NCBI RefSeq assembly: GCF_036321535.1
Contig: NC_087437.1
Span: 25,360,001 to 25,424,000 of the forward strand
Direction of reading: 5' to 3'
Length of the DNA: 64,000 nucleotides
DNA from: Camelus dromedarius
Lineage: Eukaryota
Positions 50,240-62,167 of this stretch are shown piece after piece. Position 1 is the stretch's first letter. Each line of letters starts with the position of its first letter. A program made the translations under genes and the position numbers. The notes under the pieces are model-generated. The model did not search any database. It saw nothing but the letters and a program-made list of their open reading frames with translations, and was not told the origin of the DNA.

Positions 50240-50720
50240 CTACCAAACATTGAGAAATTAAAAACAAGTACTAATAAAATGTGTGTAAGGTATAAAGTGC
50301 CATATACAATGAATACTCACATCTTACTCAGTTTAGGAAATAAAATTTTACCAACATTTTGAAGATTCCTGAGAGCTCCTCTCTGATCCTACCCATTTTT
50401 CAGTTCCTTCATAAATAACCACTCTCTGAATTTTCAATGTATTACTCCCTTATTTCCTCCATAGCATTTTACCACTTTTGCCATATATATTTATTTCCTT
50501 TAATAAGATACTCTTTAGTTTTTAGTAATATGTATGATTATTAGGTTTTCACTGATAAATTTCTGCCTTATTTTTGACTGAGATTTATGCATATTATGTT
50601 TAGCTATAGTTCATTCATATCACTGTTATGCAGTATTCATTTACACCTTCTAGTATTAGTAGAAACATGGGGTATTTTCAGTATTTTTCTACTACAAACA
50701 GATATGCTATAAACCATTTC
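50240..50720 (-). mobile_element. Old L1ME-like 3' UTR remnant
   Basis: 'aatgaatactcacatcttactcagtttaggaaataaaattttacc...ataaccactctctgaatttt...gagatttatgcatatt...tagttcattcat'. Confidence 0.55.
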
Positions 50721-50759
50721 TACAGACTGCATATCTGGCTAGGGTTAGCACATTAAAGA

Positions 50760-50925
50760 TTTTTAAAGGAGGTTGGAAGGAGAGATGAAAGGAAAACCTA
50801 GGAAATTTCTCCCCTACCTCTCTGTCTTGACTGGCATTTCCCATAGCAGCTGCATCCCCTTCAAGGCTCCAACTTCAGCCAGACAGGTCCATCATGGTAC
50901 CAGCGTTAGCTAGCTGACCTGGACA
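50760..50925. mobile_element. ERV-L LTR fragment (LTR41-like)
   Basis: 'atttctcccctacctctctgtcttgactggcatttcccatagcagctgcatcccct...gctccaacttcagccagacaggtcc'. Confidence 0.45.
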
Positions 50926-51187
50926 AAGATAAAAATATATTCTCTTTAGATAAAAAAGAAGGCAAGTTATATTCTCTCCCAAAATGTAATTATGTAAATG
51001 AAAATGTTATGACTCAAAATTAAATATTACATCTGAAAGCTATTCCTATAAATATGAGAAAATCAATAATGTTAGATATATAAAAGTAAGCATTATTGTA
51101 GATTGCTGGCATTTGATAAAAGCTCTCATTACTCATTCTAAATGAGTCTTTCCTTTGTCACAAAAATAAACAAGAACTCTGCCTCTT

Positions 51188-51967
51188 CTAGGAACAGACT
51201 TAACATATGATCCAGTAATCCCACTCCTGGGCATATATCCAGAAGGAACCCTACTCCACAAAGACACCTGCACCCCAATGTTCATAGCAGCACTATTTAC
51301 AATAGCCAAGACAATGAAACAGCCTCAATGTCCATTGACAGATGACTAGAAAAAGAAATGTGGTATATTTATACAATGGAATACTATTCAGCCACAAAAA
51401 CGACAACATAATGCCATTTGCAGCAATATGGATATCCCTGGAGAATGTTATTCTAAGTGAAGTAAGCCAGAAAGAGAAAGAAAAATACCATGTGATATCG
51501 CACATATGTAGAATCTTAGAAAAAAAAAAAAGGAGAAGGGAGGGGGAGGAGGGGGAGGAGAAGAAGGAAGAGGAGAAGGAGGAGAAGAAGGAGTAGAAGG
51601 AGGAGGAGGAGAAGAAGGAGAAGAAGAAGAAGAAGAAGAAGAAGACAAATGAACTTAAACATAAAACAGAAACAGACTCATAGACATAGAATACAAAGTT
51701 GTGGTTACCAGGGGGAGGAGGGTGGGACGGGACAGACTGGGAGTTAGAAATTTGTAGATACTGACAGGTATATACAGAATAGATAAACAAGATTATACTG
51801 TATAGCACAGGGAAATATATACAAGATCTTGTGGTAGCTCACAGTGAAAAATAATGTGACAATGAATATACATATGTTCATGTATGACTGAAAAATTGTG
51901 CTCTACACTGGAAATTGAGACAACATTGTAAACTGACTATAACTCAATAAAATAAAATTTAAAAAAA
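51188..51967 (+). mobile_element. 5'-truncated L1 (ORF2 end plus 3' UTR) related to the 44-49 kb element, with 16-bp TSD
   Basis: Homologous to about 48493-49140; AATAAA and A tail; TSD aagaactctgcctctt (51172-51187) and aagaactttgcctctt (51968-51983), one mismatch. Confidence 0.95.
51518..51645. repeat. Polypurine poly-A/(GGA)n/(GAA)n tract inside the L1 3' UTR
   Basis: About 128 nt of purines with a single T. Confidence 0.95.
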
Positions 51968-52129
51968 AAGAACTTTGCCTCTTAAAAAAACAATGAAGAG
52001 TCTTTTCTAAGATATAAAACTCTTACAAAAATGTTTATCATATTTCAAGTTAATTTTTACACTGAACTAAGAATTTCTCTATTAATAACACGCTTATCTG
52101 TTCATATTGGTTCCTGATTTTTATTATGA

Positions 52130-52580
52130 AGAATAATACATAATAGCACATAAACATTCTTGAGTATGTGTGTGTGAGTATAAATATCAATGCAGGTGGT
52201 TTTATATTATGGAATGTGTTTCCAAGAGTAAAATTATTGTTTCAAAATAAATGTATACTTTTATGCTTAAGAGATATTGCCAGATCATTTTTCCAAGATG
52301 CGCTGAAATTTTTTACCTAATCACCAGCAATGAGTGAGAATTGTCTTCTCTTTGCCTCCCTGCCTGCAATAGACTTTACTGTACTCTTAAATTTTTGCCT
52401 GCCTTGTGGGTGTAAACAGATATCTAGCTTCTACTTCAACTTGCATTTCCATGGTTACTATAGAAATATGGAGTCTTTTACACTGGCAAGTTGGATATGC
52501 AATTTTGTGAATAGTCTTTTATACTCATTTTTCTATTGGGCTGTTTGACTTTTTCATGATACACAAGTCCTCTTTTTATA
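52130..52580 (-). mobile_element. Old L1ME-like ORF2/3' remnant
   Basis: 'agatattgccagatcattttt...caccagcaatgagtgagaatt...ttgcatttccatggttact...actcattttctattgggctgttt'. Confidence 0.6.
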
Positions 52581-53531
52581 TTAGACCAGGGCTTTCCAGT
52601 GTTTTTTACTTCATGATGCTCAGAAAATTACATTTGTAAGTAATCATGGGATAAAGGGACTTCAGAATAAATGTATACTTATAAATCATCATAGGGCAAT
52701 GGACTAAGAAGTTTCCAGTGACTGGGCTGGACCAGCCTGGGGATTCTAGCTCCCTCTCTGCTAAAAGGAAGCATGAAAGAGATGTAACCCCTATTTTGCT
52801 CTGTCTGGGCCAGACATAATAATTCCTGCTGATAATATCAACTTTGATATAAAGTATATATTTTCCAAATTTATCATTTAACTATTGAGCTTGATCTTTA
52901 CCCAGATAGTCTTAATATTGTCTAATATGTTTATGTTTTGTATTGTGGCTTCTAGACTGCATCTCTTTAAGAAATCCCCTAAATTTTACTGTAGTTTTTT
53001 AAGTTTGTCATCCAAGAGTTTTGCAAATCATGTTTCATGAAACTTTAACATAATTCTTATTCCCTAGGAACATTTTAGAAGATACCAAGTTAAAAAAACA
53101 AAAAACAATGCTTCCAACTTTTGACCAATTATGGATTATGTAGTGGCTGAAACAAAATGAACATGATAAAATTTCTCCGAAATACTTTGAATTAAGCAAT
53201 ATTTTAATGATAGTTTTCAAGAAAAGGAACGTGGTGTCATCTAAAGATTCCTTTCCCTGGGAATTAAAGTGTGGTTCAGTCCTCCCTTGGCAAACTCACA
53301 GATTCTCTTGATCTCAGTGTGGGCATTGTTAAAGAGGTATACTGGATTATACATTGTCAGACACATCTCCTTCTGCTCTAATATTCTACAGTTCTACTGT
53401 ATTTCTCAGAGTTACATGTTAGTCAGAAGAAATGAAAGGAATTATATTTTTCAGGATATCGGTGGCATTTCCTTTGGGAAAGCCAGATTAAGATAATTCT
53501 CAGTGTTAGAAACATTTTTTCCTCTTTCTTT

Positions 53532-53572
53532 AATAAAAAAAAAACAAACAAAAAAAAAAAAAAAAAAAAAAA
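53532..53572. repeat. A-rich tract / poly(A)
   Basis: Directly visible. Confidence 0.9.
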
Positions 53573-54946
53573 CTTGATGAAAGGCTCTTAAGGACCACTT
53601 CAACTTACTGATGAAGTGAGCAAGATTACGGTCTTACTCATGGGATTTCACAGTTTATAAAAATGACTATCTCAGGGATATGTGTTAAAAAGGGGGGATC
53701 CAGAAGAAATTAATTATGGAAAACTAGCCAGGTTTTAAGGTCATTTTGTCAGTTCTTTCCATGTTTTGCAATAAAGTTTCAAGAGTCAAAACTAGGGTTC
53801 AAAATAAAGTGAGACATCAAAGCCACCCACGTAGACTGAGTGCTGTATATGTTCTTAACAGTGGAGCTTAGACTGATTATTTAAAAACAAAACAAAACAA
53901 AACAAAAAAACTAAGATCCTCTGCAACACTGACTAGAATCCAGCCTCACTTGATTCTGATAATATTCCACTAATCTTCCATCAGCTTTAAAGTTTCAGTG
54001 ATTTTATTAAAAGTCTAATTTTGTCATTTTCATTACATGACTTAGGGGAAAAAAAAGGTTAATGGGACATTATTCCTATAACAACTAATATGCCCCAAAA
54101 TATTAGCCTTTGAATAAAATCTTGCTATAGTCATAGAGTTGTCTCCCTTCCCCTTCCCCGTTCAGGACATGTCTTATCTGCCTCTGCAGGATCTTTCTTA
54201 GATCTCTCTCCAAAGGAAATTCATTTAAACAAGGTGGCATGGGTGACCCTAACAGAAAAATTCAACGTATCTACTTTTCAAGGTCTAATTCTAGACTTGA
54301 TCTTTTTCCTCCAGGAACTCTTTTCAGATCACCCAAACCACTGTCTATTTATCTGAATCCATAAAACTGGTTGTACATATTGCTCATTTGGAATTTAATT
54401 ACAGATTCTTGTTTTCACATTTACTTTCATCACCAACTCTATCTCATGTTTTGTATTCTGGTTTAGATTTCTATTTAACTTTCCAAACCTTTATATATAT
54501 TTTTTTTTCCAAGTAATCTCTAAGGAAGTAAGGACAGAATTTTTGTTGCAAGTATCAAACCCAATTCTAATCAGTTTAAATAATATTAGAGCAACAGGAA
54601 AGATAAGGTTGGCCCAATGGACATTGGAAGTTGGAATTTGGAAGGCATAGAAGTTCCTCCCTTTTAACTGTTGTCACCTTTTTTGTGGCTCTGATTCTTT
54701 CCTGCTGCAAATAGCTGGGAGGGGACGTGAACCATAGGAAGGAAAAACAGCCACTGATAGTTGCAGATTTACTTTTTTTTTTTTTAAGCAATTCATCAGG
54801 GACCAAGAAGATCCTACTGAAATAGAGTCTCCCTCAAACAGAGTTTCTCTGCCAAGTTTATGATTAAGCCGTCTCCAAAATGTTATTCCCCTTCTTGTCC
54901 TACACCTGTTCCCCCTAAAGATTGAGGAGTATAAAAAATGGGGGGT

Positions 54947-55558
54947 TGTAATTGAGCAGGATCCTATGGGGCGTTCCTGAGACAGATCCCCCCACGTCCT
55001 CTGCCTGCCTCTTGTTTGTAGAAAAACTTTAGCCTCCCAGACCTTCCCTGAGTTTCAAAGAACAAATTTAATCAGAGTAGTGAGAAAATGCAGAAACAGA
55101 TGAAAAGAGTCACGTCAACAAAATAATAATAGTTTAGCCATTAAACAAAGTCAAGGACCTTTATTTCCTCTTTTGGGGCTATAGATAATATTCTGAGCAG
55201 TATCTCTGAGCTATTTTGCAGATACTGAAACCTCTACCAGGCAGAAGAAGTTAACTGCATATAGACCCCAGCCAGTTGGAACCAGAAAGTTGATAATGGT
55301 GACTCCTGATTACTTCACCACCAACCAATCAGAAGAATGTCCATGAGCTGATCACATATGCTGCAATCCTCTCCCCACTGTCTTTAAAAACCTTTCCCTG
55401 AAAGCCTTCTGGGAGTTTGGGTCTTTTGAGTATTAGCTGCCTGTACTCCGTGCTTGGCACCCAGCAATAAACACTGCAATTTACTTCACTACAACCTGAT
55501 GTCAATAGATTGGCGTTAGTGTGCATTGGCGAAAGGATCTCAGTTTGGTTTGGTAACA
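54947..55558 (+). mobile_element. ERV1-class LTR (possibly MER41-related), 3' LTR preceded by a polypurine tract
   Basis: TGTA...TAACA termini, CCAAT 55325-55329, TATA-like tttaaaaa near 55383, AATAAA 55466-55471; 'aaaaaatgggggg' immediately 5'; no short TSD on the LTR flanks. Confidence 0.8.
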
Positions 55559-55864
55559 TTACTTCTAGTCCCAATCAGAAAAAGCCTTGGACAAAAGACT
55601 GATTTGTCCATCTTGGAGAACATTCTCATCTGTAGATGGAGCACTATGGACCAGATCATTTGACGGCTCAGCTGTAGTGTCCAACATGTGGGTAGGGAAG
55701 AGGAGTTGATCTGACATGGTTGTAAAGGAAGATTTTCCAGAAGAATGTGACTACTCTGGTCAGACAAAGTAATAAGTGTTCAGCAATATTTAATAACTAA
55801 CACTGTGCTTTTCACACACGAAATGCTTAAAAATTACTTATTGTTATTCCTCTATCACAATACT

Positions 55865-56010
55865 AGATTTTAAAACAACTTTATTGAGATATAATCTGTA
55901 TACCACAACATTTGCCTTTCAAAGTGCTTTTTAGTATAGTCACAAAGTCATGTATAATCTAATATGGATATAATCATCAAATTTTAGAATATTTTCATCA
56001 CCCAAAAAAC
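55865..56010 (-). mobile_element. L1MB-like 3' end fragment
   Basis: 'aactttattgagatataatctgtataccacaacattt...ttttagtatagtcacaaag...attttagaatattttcatcacccaaaaa'. Confidence 0.75.
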
Positions 56011-56075
56011 AGACTACTAAAGTTTGAGGAAAAAAATCTGCCACCTATTTGCTGTTCAACTTTAAGAAAGTGATT

Positions 56076-56530
56076 TTGTGGTAGGCAGAAAAGTCCTTCC
56101 CCAAAGATGTACACATTCTAATGTTCAAAACCTGTGAATATATTACCTTATATGGCAAAAGGAACTTTGCTGATGTGAATAAGTTAAGCATCTTGAGTTG
56201 GGAAGATTATCCTGGGTTATCTGGGTAAGTCCAGTGTAATCACAAGGATCTTACTGCAAGGAGGCAGGAGTGTCAAAGTCAGAGAAAGAGATCAGAAGGT
56301 GCTACATGGCTGCTCTGAAGCTAGAGGAAGGGGCTATAAGCAAACCAATGCAGGTGGCCTCTGGAAGGCGAGAAAGGCAAGGAAACGTTATTTCCTAGAG
56401 CTTCCAGAAGGAATACAGCCCTGCTGACACCCTGACTTTAGCCCAGTGAGACTTCCAAACTACAGAAATGTAAGCCACTAAATTTGTGGTGATTTATTAC
56501 TGGCTTATAACAACAGGAAGCCAAAACAGA
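56076..56530 (+). mobile_element. MaLR LTR (MLT1D-like)
   Basis: 'tgtggtaggcagaaaa...ccccaaagatgtacacattctaat...ggcaaaaggaactttgctgatgtg...cctagagcttccagaaggaatacagccctgctgacacc...aagccactaaatttgtggtgattt'. Confidence 0.9.
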
Positions 56531-56849
56531 TTTAATTTCTATGAGATTCTAGTTTCTCATCTTTAAGTTGAACATAATACTGCCCATCTCACTGGATTTT
56601 ATGATGATTAAACATAATGTTTGTAGTAGAAATATCTAAGCTAAAACTAAGCTAACTTCAGTATTAATGAAGCTGTAGTTTAATTTTAATTTTAATACAT
56701 CAATCAAAATATTTTTATAGTTCATATACTTTGAAAAGATATCCCATGAAAGGACTGTACAGAATGTAACATATGCCAAAAATTGTGCACAACTGAGTTT
56801 TCTACCACCTTCAAAAAGAGAATCCTTTATATCCATTTTGCTTCTCTTG

Positions 56850-57830
56850 TTTCTATAAGAGAGTGTCCCAGGTTTAAGACTGTTTGATCAAAGAGTTATG
56901 CATGTTTTTCATTTTTATGTATATTGCCAAACTGCCTTCTCAAAAAGGCCTAAAATTTTTCACATTTTGAACTTTTTTCAGCATTATTGTGGGCAATATG
57001 TATCACAGCCTTAAAATATTTTCCAGTCTGATAAGCATTCAAGAATATCTGATTATTACTTTGCATGTCCTTAACTAGTAGTGAAGTAAACCATCTTTTC
57101 GTGTTTCTTGGCCATTTAGATTTTCTGTTCTCTGAATTGCCACTTCATATATTCTTTGCCAATTTTCCTATTGGTTTGTATAATTTTTTAGAGAATTCTT
57201 AAGGTCATGTTGTAAACAGTTAATCCTTTGACTGCCATCTGTTTTGCAAACATTTCCCCCCCAAAATCTATCATTTATCTATTGATTTTACTAATGTTTC
57301 ATATTTCAAGTTTTTAAAAAAATTCTAAACAATTTCTTTATTGTTTAAAAAGCTCTAGCCTTGGTAGAGAGCTCTCTAACTTCAAGATTTTGTATATAGC
57401 CTCGAAGATTTTTTCTAAGATTATTTACTGTTTAGTTTTTATATCTATCGGGGATGTGTTTTTGGCAATGATATGAAATGGGCACAATTCTGTACACATT
57501 TTTTGACATGGAAGCCACTTTTGCCACCTCATTTGTGCCTGTGCAATCTCACTCAGTGAAAAGACTTACCTCTGTGATACCTGAATTCTCGTTTATGCCT
57601 GTTATCTATTTCTGGATTCTCTATTTCATCCCACTGATCTATCTGCCTATTCCTATGGACTACTATTGATTTGATTGTAATGGCTTAATAATATGCTCTG
57701 GATCTACAAAGAAAGTCTCTCCTTATTCTTCATCTTTTTTTTACAAGCTTCTTGGCTACTGATAACTTTATTATTCTATATGAAATTCAAGATCATTTTA
57801 TTCATTTATGAAAAAGCTCTCTTGATATTT
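56850..57830 (-). mobile_element. Old L1ME-like ORF2 3' remnant
   Basis: 'atattgccaaactgcc...ttcttggccatttagattttc...ctctatttcatcccactgatctatctgcctattcctat...cttggctact'. Confidence 0.7.
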
Positions 57831-58489
57831 CTATAGGATTTATAGAGAAAGAGCATGTTTATTACATACATTTTTCACAAAGGTAATTTTGACTTTAGTT
57901 TTAGTCTTCTTTTTTCTCTTGCTCACTGGAAAAACCCACACAAACTGGCCCAAAGGGAGATGTCTTTATTTGAAGTATGAAATATAAATCTTTGGAATAA
58001 TTCTGGCAATGTGACATTTATTTGTCTGTGTACACACAGAAAGCAGAAGGTTAAGTTTCCATAGAAAACAGAAAGGAAAACATTTAGTTTTATTACTCCC
58101 CTTGTGTCTCAAGAGAACAATCTTTCACAATGTTTTGGGGTCAAAAATGGGGATATAGAGGAAGAAAATGTTATTTTTCTTATTTTCATATTTGACATGT
58201 ATATTATCTTACACCCTTTCTTGCTGTGGCCTGCTATAGTTTACTGCAGGGCATAATAACACAAATTTGGAATATATTTCATGCTGAGACACCTGTACAA
58301 AGGCGATCCTATCATTCAACAGATTTGTTCTGAGGCCAAATAAGAATACTTCCATTTTCTAATTTTCATTAAGATTACATACATTTATTTCTGCAAACAA
58401 CTTTTAAATTTTGTGATATTTTGCATCTTTGAAAAACCAAATTTAACTACAATGAAGAATATCATTTTGTGGTTTAATAGAAAAGCCAC

Positions 58490-58680
58490 ACATTTGACAC
58501 TTTACGGACTTGGATTCAAATCCTGACTTAACTGTGTGACTTTGGGCAAGTTATATAACCATTCTGAGCCTCAGGTTCTTTACCTATAAAATAATGCCAA
58601 CTTCACAGTTAACCTTTCAAGTAATTGCAAGAAACAAATGGGATTAAAAGAGCCAGTACCGTGCCTGGCAACCAGGAGAG
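58490..58680 (+). mobile_element. MIR element
   Basis: 'acttggattcaaatcctgac...ctgtgtgactttgggcaagttatataaccattctgagcctcag...ctataaaat'. Confidence 0.85.
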
Positions 58681-58844
58681 TCTAAATATGACTACTTTTG
58701 TTCTAGGAAGGAAATAGATAAGGCTTTATTCATAACAATTCTACTATGTATCTACTTATCTATTATTATTATTACAAATGAGATCTCATCAGTTTCTTCC
58801 TAACAGGGCTATATCATTTGATTTTAAAAATCTATTAATTGTTT

Positions 58845-59050
58845 CACTAAAGGCAAACATACAGAGCACTATGAGCAAGTACTATCCTATGCATTGAGGA
58901 TATAGAGGTAAGTTAGACAGATGGGCTCCCTTCTCTGATGGAGCCTACAGTTTAATGAGGAAACATGCATAAACAAAGAAATAATCAATTACAGATTGTG
59001 AAAAACATTATAAAGGAAATAAACAGTGTGATGTGACAGAGTAACTCAAT
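58845..59050 (-). mobile_element. L2 3'-end fragment
   Basis: 'gagcactatgagcaagtactatcctatgcattgaggatatagagg...ctcccttctctgatggagcctacagttt'. Confidence 0.65.
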
Positions 59051-59709
59051 AATGTATAGCAGTTACATGTATGAAAGTTCCACCTGCACAGTTTAAAAGT
59101 GTTGATAATATATGTGCTAATCTATTTCAAGCATAAAATAAATACTTATAATTTGTAATTAGTCCATCCATTACTTAATGGGTATTTCCAGTGACGAAAT
59201 GCTTTTGAGGTCCTACTGTGTTCTAATTACATAGTAGGTGTAAAACTACATAGTTAGGTTCTAGAAATACAATGATTTCTAAAATGCAGTCCACGTCCTT
59301 TATAATTAACTATAACAATGTGTTTAAGACTACATTAGGGACTTATACAATGACAGAAGATCCCAGAGAAGAGAGCCTGAAAATGCACTTTCTTCAACAA
59401 ATAAGCATCTTCTACATTCTTACTTACACCTATGGATTTTAATAAAATTTTACTCATTGTGAGATAGTATTATCTGCACTGCCCTTAACTTCCAAACCAG
59501 TGAATCCTTGGAGTAGGACTTCATGAAATTGAGCAGCATGTCTTCTCTCTTTATGTCTTTATATGTCTTTCCAAATGTCACTGTCACTTTTCTTTCTTTC
59601 CTAATAGTACTCAAGTGAAGAAATTTGCTTGAAAAGGAGCTCTTAGAAAAGACCCTGACTTCAGAGCACATTCCCTTTCCCTCAGGAAGATGATAAGAAG
59701 TTGCCTTCA

Positions 59710-60430
59710 TCAAGTCCAAAGAAAAACTCATTGCCTGGTCAAAATCTGCTCCTCCTCACATATTCTCTATTTTAATCAGGAAATCACCACTCACTCTTTT
59801 ACCCAAACTAAATGTCATACCTGAGTCTCCTCCTCTTCTGCACGGCCCACACCCCATTGATCACCAGTGTCTCCTGAGTCCCACGTGTATTTTCATAGCG
59901 ACTGTCTGACACTCCATCCTTATCACCTTTATCTAGGATCACAGCACAACTGCTATCCCACATCATCAATCCATACAGTCTACTAGAGCTAGTTTTTTAG
60001 TGGCAAAATGTGATAGTACCCTACCCATTTTCTCCATGAAAGAAAAAAAAAAACCCAAACTATTGTTGTCCTTATTTCTGGCCATGACAGAAAATGAAAA
60101 ATAATTTCTGGTTCCTTCTGCTCTACAATTCTCATACAAACTACTTCTCATTCTTGCAGAATAGCCCAGACCTTCATTTTTGCATGGAATATTCTCAACT
60201 TCCTTAACCACTTCAAAAACTCAGACCTCAAGACAGTTTACATATCACCTCCTTTGGGAGCTCTTCCTCACAGCCCCAAGCAGTAGCTGCTTCCTCTGCA
60301 CTCACATCGTAGCACACTGATTTATCTGTAGTTTTCTCTGGCTCAACCTCTAGGCATTGAGTTCTTCATGGATGGGAACTTGGCCTTAGTTATCGGGTAT
60401 CTGGGTACCTGGCACAGTGCCTGCTAGAAA
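59710..60430 (+). mobile_element. L2 3' portion
   Basis: Pyrimidine-rich 'tccaaagaaaaactcatt...tcaccactcactctttacccaa...atatcacctcctttgggagctcttcct...ctggcacagtgcctg'. Confidence 0.7.
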
Positions 60431-62076
60431 GAAATATTTCCTGGCTCTTCACCCAACTTGAAAGTCTGTTTCAATATGAAAATAAACACATAGGCAACTC
60501 ATACTTTGACCTTTGAACAAGCCAGTTACCAGTTGCCAAGAAGGAGAAAATGGCTCTTAGCAGGTCTTACTGCTGACCATGAACCATGAAGACTCACTTT
60601 TGCTATAACTAGAAACAATGGAATTAGTGAAGCAAGACTTCGAGATTTGGGACTTAAACTGCAAAATGAGAGTACAGCCACCAGATAGTAATACGCAGTA
60701 AAATGGTGATGAACTTTTCTAATAAACTAAAATTTCCCAAATCGGGTTTCAATTAAAAAATATGTTTAAAGATCAACCTCCATAACAATATAACAGATCA
60801 TTTTAAATATTCAATAACAATAACATCATACCGAATTTACATACAGGGTCACAGTGTGTATCTTTTCATTCCCATTGAGATAAAGGGTAGCCAAGAACAT
60901 AAATGGACACATTTTTGCAAGGTCTTAGTTGGAAAATCACTCATGGTGACACGTGCATTCTTTTATTATTAAATACCAAGGAATTGCCTCACTATTCCAT
61001 ATTTAAAGGGGAGGGGGAATCTATGCCCTTTTCATCACATCAGTCTCAGGAGAAAATGGAAAAACAAAGAAGTTCTCATAAGTCTGCATCTCAGATTCTT
61101 CATAAATAGTATTATAAATCAGGATTTTCTCAGGGAAAAAGTTAGGAAACAGTCCAGAGAGCAAATATAATGAATAAACATACCTTAATATGCCTATTAT
61201 TTCCCAGAATGTGAATGGTTTTATCCAGGAACAAACCAATAATGTAAGCAATATATTTTCAAATGGAGAAAGAACAAAATGTTAAATGCTGAGCAATTTC
61301 CCCTATTTTATTTTTATAAAATCTTATTTTCATTATATATTTCATCTTAAATATTAATTCCTTCCTATATCTAAACTATCCACTATATTACAGCCTTTTC
61401 TCTTCATCTCTCTTATCAATCCAGGACCTGAAAGGATCTTATTTAGAATATCTACTTGTGTTTTCTATTTTTAATCAAAAAATTTTTGTCTTCTCATAAA
61501 AAGGAAAATCAAACAAACCCCGAACCTTCTAATAGCTCTAACAGATCCAATGATGGTGGATTTGGAAAACCTCTACATCAATCTTTTCCCTTTTTAATCA
61601 AAAGGAGGGAGAAGGGGACAAAAAAATTAATAAATCAAACTGCTTTGATAATAAACAGCTCTTTTTAAAAAGCCAAGACACATACTGACCCAAGCACTGC
61701 CTGCTTCCCAGACCTCCACTCAGATTATAAATAAAAGCCTTGCTGCCCAACCTTTGCTTGTTCTATGCACTTAAACTGCCGCACTTGCGCCAGGTATTAT
61801 GTTCAGAACAAGCACAGTTAATAATAGACACATCTGACTTAGAGTAAATATTTCACTTTCCTTCAGATATTTATTATTTTAAAAACACTTGCCAACTCAA
61901 TGTGCATTAACAACAGAATGTGTATAGGAAAAAAGTCAATTTAACTGGACCAGCGTGGGGCTGTGGAATGGGTATTTTTTAAGTTTCTCAGGTGATTTTA
62001 ATGAGGAATCAGATGGAGACTATAGGAAAGAACTTTGTAGATGGCAAAGTTGTGTGTTGAATAATGTGATTAGGTT

Positions 62077-62086
62077 GTTTTCTTTT

Positions 62087-62147
<61 letters not shown>

Positions 62148-62167
62148 TTTCTTTCTTTTCTTTTTTT
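62077..62167. repeat. (TTTC)n tetranucleotide microsatellite
   Basis: Directly visible. Confidence 0.95.

Noticed and set aside
51293..51808. Ser/Pro/Phe-rich and Glu/Lys-rich ORFs
   Set aside because: These are translations of the (GGA)/(GAA) microsatellite inside an L1 3' end.
44080..51967. Twin-priming (5' inversion) explanation for the antisense L1 piece
   Set aside because: The antisense piece flanks the + element on both sides, differs from it in sequence and is split by a TSD; the 51.2 kb L1 has its own TSD and lies 1 kb away.
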